The position numbers and the translations under genes were made by a program. A stretch of 64,000 bases of DNA from Candidatus Eiseniibacteriota bacterium. Lineage in GTDB: Bacteria > Eisenbacteria > RBG-16-71-46 > CAVPCR01. The stretch is taken from contig CAWGMA010000001.1 of NCBI GenBank assembly GCA_963823555.1, forward strand, positions 672,001 to 736,000, in the 5' to 3' direction. Every line of letters starts with the position of its first letter. The first letter of the stretch is position 1. A model generated the notes under the pieces. It saw nothing but the letters and a program-made list of their open reading frames with translations. It had not been told where the DNA came from and searched no databases. Below are positions 60,215-64,000 of the stretch, piece after piece.

Positions 60215-60706
60215 ATGCCGTGGGCGACGGAACCGGGAAGGAGGTGGCTCGTGCGGTTCATCTTGTGGTGTCTGGCGGGCGCCCTCGTGGTCGGCCCCGC
60301 TGCGGCGGGGCCGACAGCGCCGGTCCCGATCCTGCCGGACACGCTCCAGTGGAGCGGCCCGCCGCAGATCCCCGGACTCAAGGGCGCCTGGGTCCTGGGC
60401 GCCGAGCGCGCGACCGGTTGCTATCTCCTCCGGGTCAAGCTGGCTCCGGGAACGCGCATCCCCCCGCACACGCATCCCGATGAACGCAGCACGACCGTGC
60501 TTGTCGGCACCATCTACGTCGGCTTCGGCGAGTCGTTCGATGAGGCGGCGATGCTCGCGGTCCCGGCCGGCGCGGTCTACGTCGCGCCGGCGAACGTGCC
60601 GCACTACATCTGGGCGAGGGACGGGGAGGCGGTCTACCAGGAGGCGGGCTGCGGCCCCACCGCGACCGCGTTCATTCCCCCTATGAGAGTGGAACCCGAC
60701 CACTAG
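60215..60706 (+). CDS. Secreted cupin-domain protein
   Basis: IPPHTHPDE, PANVPHY (C-terminal part of ORF 59915..60706). Confidence 0.78.
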   Translation: MPWATEPGRRWLVRFILWCLAGALVVGPAAAGPTAPVPILPDTLQWSGPPQIPGLKGAWVLGAERATGCYLLRVKLAPGTRIPPHTHPDERSTTVLVGTIYVGFGESFDEAAMLAVPAGAVYVAPANVPHYIWARDGEAVYQEAGCGPTATAFIPPMRVEPDH

Positions 60707-60754
60707 CGAGCGTGGCCCCGGTTTCCGTCGCGCCGATCGATTCACGAGGGAGCC

Positions 60755-61495
60755 ATGACCGTTCCTGACTTCTCACCGCTGGCGTCGCTGTACGCGCAGG
60801 CCCGGCCGCGGTACCCAGAGGAGCTATTCGCCTTCCTCGCTGCCCTCGTGGATCGAAGGCGCCGGGCCTGGGATTGCGCCACCGGGAACGGTCAGGCCGC
60901 GCTGGGGCTCGTCGAACACTTCGCACACGTGGTGGCGACCGATGTCAGCATGGCCCAGATCCGCCACGCGGCGCCGCACCCGAAGATCGACTATGTCGCC
61001 GGCAGATCCGAGGACTCCGCGCTCGCAGCCGGGACCATCGATCTCGTCACGGTCGCCGCGGCCATCCACTGGTTCGATCTCGAGCGCTTTGTCATCGAGG
61101 CGGTGCGCGTGTTGCGCCCCGGGGGGGTGCTCGCGGCTTGGACGTATCATGTGGGTCGGGTCGAGCCACCCCTGGACGAGGTGTTCGCCCGCTTCTACCA
61201 GGAGGTCATCAGGCCCTATTTTGCACCCGCCGTGAAGGCCGTGGACGAGCGGTACGAGACACTCGACCTGCCGGGCGCAGGGATCGTGGCGGAGAAGTTC
61301 TGGATGAGCGCCCGCTGGACCCTGGATCAGATGCTCGCTTTCATCCGGAGCTGGAGCGCGACTGAGCGGTACATCCAGGAGCGAGGCGAGGATCCAGCGG
61401 TCCTCATTCGCCGGAAGCTGGAGCGGATCTGGGGCGAGAGCGATCGAGCCCTCACCGTGCGGTGGCCGCTGCACCTGCGCATCGTGCGGCTCTAG
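60755..61495 (+). CDS. Class I SAM-dependent methyltransferase
   Basis: YAQARP.YP, WDCATGNGQA, HWFD, LRPGG. Confidence 0.88.
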   Translation: MTVPDFSPLASLYAQARPRYPEELFAFLAALVDRRRRAWDCATGNGQAALGLVEHFAHVVATDVSMAQIRHAAPHPKIDYVAGRSEDSALAAGTIDLVTVAAAIHWFDLERFVIEAVRVLRPGGVLAAWTYHVGRVEPPLDEVFARFYQEVIRPYFAPAVKAVDERYETLDLPGAGIVAEKFWMSARWTLDQMLAFIRSWSATERYIQERGEDPAVLIRRKLERIWGESDRALTVRWPLHLRIVRL

Positions 61496-61542
61496 CCATG
61501 GCCGGCGATGGAGAGGAACAGCAGACCGCGACGAGGGAGGTC

Positions 61543-61914
61543 ATGATGGACCACGGCCCGGGCTTCGTTGTCCTGTATCGCTGGCGGCTCCGCCCCGGCA
61601 TGCAAGCGTCGTTCATCGCCGCCTGGTCGCGCGTCACGAGGAAGCTGCGCGAGGAGAGGGGCTCGTGGGGATCGCGGCTCCACCGCGGACCCGACGGGCT
61701 CTGGTACGGCTACGCGCAGTGGCCCAGCGCGGAGGCGCGCCAGCAAGCGGCCGCGCCTCCGGTCGATGCCGGGGCCCTCGAGGAGATGCAAGCGGCGGTG
61801 GCCGAGCGCTATCCGGAGCTGGTCCTGGAGTCAGTAGCCGACTTTCTCGTGTGGCCCGATCCGCGCGGCGAATCCGGTCTCATGGAAGTGGACGACGATG
61901 TCTGCGGGAAGTGA
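61543..61914 (+). CDS. Antibiotic-biosynthesis-monooxygenase-like (dimeric alpha-beta barrel) protein
   Basis: LYRWRL.PG, GSRLH, YAQWPS; SD GGAGG. Confidence 0.7.
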   Translation: MMDHGPGFVVLYRWRLRPGMQASFIAAWSRVTRKLREERGSWGSRLHRGPDGLWYGYAQWPSAEARQQAAAPPVDAGALEEMQAAVAERYPELVLESVADFLVWPDPRGESGLMEVDDDVCGK

Positions 61915-62671
61915 GCGCTCAGAGCGGCCCGCCCGGGTCGGGCCCCGCCTCTATGCCGAGTTCGCGGCCTGGTGGCCGTTGCTCTCGGCTCCCGCCGATT
62001 ATGCCGAGGAAGCGGCGTTCTATCGCGATACCCTCCTTTCCGTCTCCCGTTCCCGGCCCCGATCCTTGCTCGAGATCGGATGCGGCGGCGGGAACAACGC
62101 GTTCCACCTCAAGAACCACTTCGAGCTCACCCTGGTGGATGCATCTCGCGGCATGCTGGCCGTGAGCCGGTTGCTGAATCCCGAGTGCGAGCACCACCTG
62201 GGAGACATGCGCAGCGTTCGTCTCGGCTGGATCTACGATGCGGTGTTCATCCACGACGCGATCATGTACATGACCACGGAGGCCGACCTGGCCCTGGCCG
62301 TCGAGACCGCCTTCGTCCACTGCCGGCCCGGAGGGGTCGCGCTCTTCGCTCCGGACCATGTGCGGGAGACCTACCGGCCGCGCTCGCATTGCGGAGGCCA
62401 TGACGGTGCCGAGCGGTCGATGCGATATCTGGAGTGGGAATGGGATCCCGATCCGGCCGACACCGAGACCGTGGCCGATTTCGCGTACTTGCTGCGCGAG
62501 GGCACTCAAGCGCCCAGGGTCGAGTACGATCGCCACGTCATGGGCCTGTTCCCGCGCCGGCGCTGGCTCGAGCTCCTGGCCGTGGCGGGATTCAAGCCCT
62601 CCTCCGTGCCGTTCGAGCACAGCGAAATCGAGCCGGGATCGAGCGAAGTCTTCGTGGGCCTTCGGCCATGA
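61898..62671 (+). CDS. Class I SAM-dependent methyltransferase
   Basis: LLEIGCGGG, GDMR, DAVFIHDAIMY, RPGG. Confidence 0.88.
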   Translation: MSAGSERSERPARVGPRLYAEFAAWWPLLSAPADYAEEAAFYRDTLLSVSRSRPRSLLEIGCGGGNNAFHLKNHFELTLVDASRGMLAVSRLLNPECEHHLGDMRSVRLGWIYDAVFIHDAIMYMTTEADLALAVETAFVHCRPGGVALFAPDHVRETYRPRSHCGGHDGAERSMRYLEWEWDPDPADTETVADFAYLLREGTQAPRVEYDRHVMGLFPRRRWLELLAVAGFKPSSVPFEHSEIEPGSSEVFVGLRP

Positions 62672-62683
62672 TGGACACTCGGC

Positions 62684-64000
62684 ATGAGTCCTGATCGCGA
62701 CATGCGTCGGGCGAACGCGATTCTGATCGGTCTCGCCGCGCTCCATTTCCTTGTCGAGTGGGTGCCCGGGATCAGCGGGCCGTATGGCTTCTTCATCGAC
62801 GAGTTCTACTACCTCGCGTGCGCTGACCATCTCGCATTCGGCTACGTGGATCATCCGCCGCTATCGATCGTCCTCCTCTGGCTGATCCGGGCCGCCATCG
62901 GCGACTCGCTCGCCGCCTTGCGCGTCGTCCCCGCCCTGGCGGGCGCGGCGACTGTCCTCCTCACCGGGTTCATGGCCCGGCGCCTCGGCGCCGGCGCCTG
63001 GGGCCAGGGCCTGGCGGCGGGTGCTGTGGCGGCCGCCGGGATCCTCCAGGTGATGTTCAGCTTCTATTCGATGAACGCGCTCTCCGCGCTGATGTGGACC
63101 ATCTGCTTCTGGATCCTGATCGAGATCGAACGGCGCGATGAGCCCCGCCTGTGGCTCGTCGTCGGCGCCCTCGCCGGCCTCGAGATGCAGAACAAGCACA
63201 CCTTCGTCCTCTTGCTCCTGGGGCTCGCCGCCGGAATGATCCTGACGCGGGCTCGCCGCCATCTGGCGAGCCGCTGGCTGTGGCTCGGCCTCGCGGTCAT
63301 GCTCGGGATCTTGTTACCGAATGTGCTCTGGCAGGCCGCGCACGGCTGGCCGTCGATCGAGTTCTACCGGAACGCCGATCTCTACAAGAACGTTCCCACC
63401 CCGCCCCTCGAGGTCTTGTGGCAGCAGGTGCTGTTCATGAACCCGGCGACGCTTCCGGTGTGGCTTGCGGGTCTCATCTTCTTTCTCTTTCTTCCGGGCG
63501 GGCGCTCCCTCCGCCACCTGGGCTGGATCTTCGTCATCCTCCTGGCGCTCATGCTGGTGGGACAGAAGAGCCGGCCGGACCGGATCGCGAGCGCCTACAC
63601 CGCGCTCTTCGCCGGCGGCGGGCTCGTGCTCGAGGAGCTGGCCCGGCGCCGCGGGTTTGCCTGGCTCCGCCTCGCGTTGCCCGCGGCACTCGTCATCGGG
63701 GGAGGCGCACTGGCGCCGCTCGGGTTGCCGCTGCTCTCGCCGCGCCTGACGGGCGCTTATGCCGCGGCTCTCGGGATCACTCCGCAGATCGAGAGCGGCG
63801 AGGGCAAGCGTACGCCCATACCACAATGGCTCGCCGATCGCCTGGGCTGGGAGGAACTCGTCGCCGACGTGGTCGCCGTCGCCGCGGAGATCGACCCGGC
63901 GGAGCGGGACCGGGCGATCATCCTCGCCCCGAGCTACGGGCAGGGTGGTGCGATCGAGCGGCTCGGCCGCGGGCGCGGCCTCCCGCCCGTCTACGCCTTG
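62684..64000 (+). CDS. GT-C glycosyltransferase family 39 (ArnT/PMT-like), 3'-truncated
   Basis: Read by hand (absent from ORF track, no stop in window): YGFFIDEFYYLACADHLAFGYVDHPPL, NKHT, multiple TM segments. Confidence 0.85.
   Translation, partial: MSPDRDMRRANAILIGLAALHFLVEWVPGISGPYGFFIDEFYYLACADHLAFGYVDHPPLSIVLLWLIRAAIGDSLAALRVVPALAGAATVLLTGFMARRLGAGAWGQGLAAGAVAAAGILQVMFSFYSMNALSALMWTICFWILIEIERRDEPRLWLVVGALAGLEMQNKHTFVLLLLGLAAGMILTRARRHLASRWLWLGLAVMLGILLPNVLWQAAHGWPSIEFYRNADLYKNVPTPPLEVLWQQVLFMNPATLPVWLAGLIFFLFLPGGRSLRHLGWIFVILLALMLVGQKSRPDRIASAYTALFAGGGLVLEELARRRGFAWLRLALPAALVIGGGALAPLGLPLLSPRLTGAYAAALGITPQIESGEGKRTPIPQWLADRLGWEELVADVVAVAAEIDPAERDRAIILAPSYGQGGAIERLGRGRGLPPVYAL

Overview
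GC-rich bacterial chromosomal window with dense coding. The PorU/PorV genes, FlgD-like C-terminal sorting domains, mqnD and ECF/Ser-Thr kinase pairs suggest a non-Bacteroidota member of the FCB superphylum, e.g. Ca. Eisenbacteria-like (inference). In order: end of one pst operon (pstB, phoU) and a second pstSCAB-B operon; EEP lipoprotein; GT4; DUF4438/mutM divergent pair; TPAT-type TRAP transporter with a multiply frameshifted dctM; class III aminotransferase-LuxE-LuxC operon; TPR-zincin; AlaX; 3D-domain protein; HIT; M23 peptidase; dnaE-accA-Trm112; a T9SS-related envelope cluster (porU, porV, two DUF5683-like genes, NHL protein, large beta-barrel, Omp85); mqnD; manC; STAS; a small CTD protein plus fibre pair divergent from an ECF sigma/kinase pair; hutH; a second kinase; ZIP/PaaI/NifX; fluC-DUF190; small enzymes; a truncated GT39. 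I recognised no rRNA, tRNA, CRISPR array or mobile element. Best candidates for undescribed biology: (1) the aminotransferase-LuxE-LuxC operon, a putative acid to aldehyde to amine pathway; (2) two PstB ATPases with reciprocally degenerate motifs, implying an asymmetric importer; (3) a T9SS-like cluster with a candidate alternative barrel/Omp85 pair and an ECF-regulated adaptor+fibre cargo. All family calls are from motif recognition by eye, not database searches.
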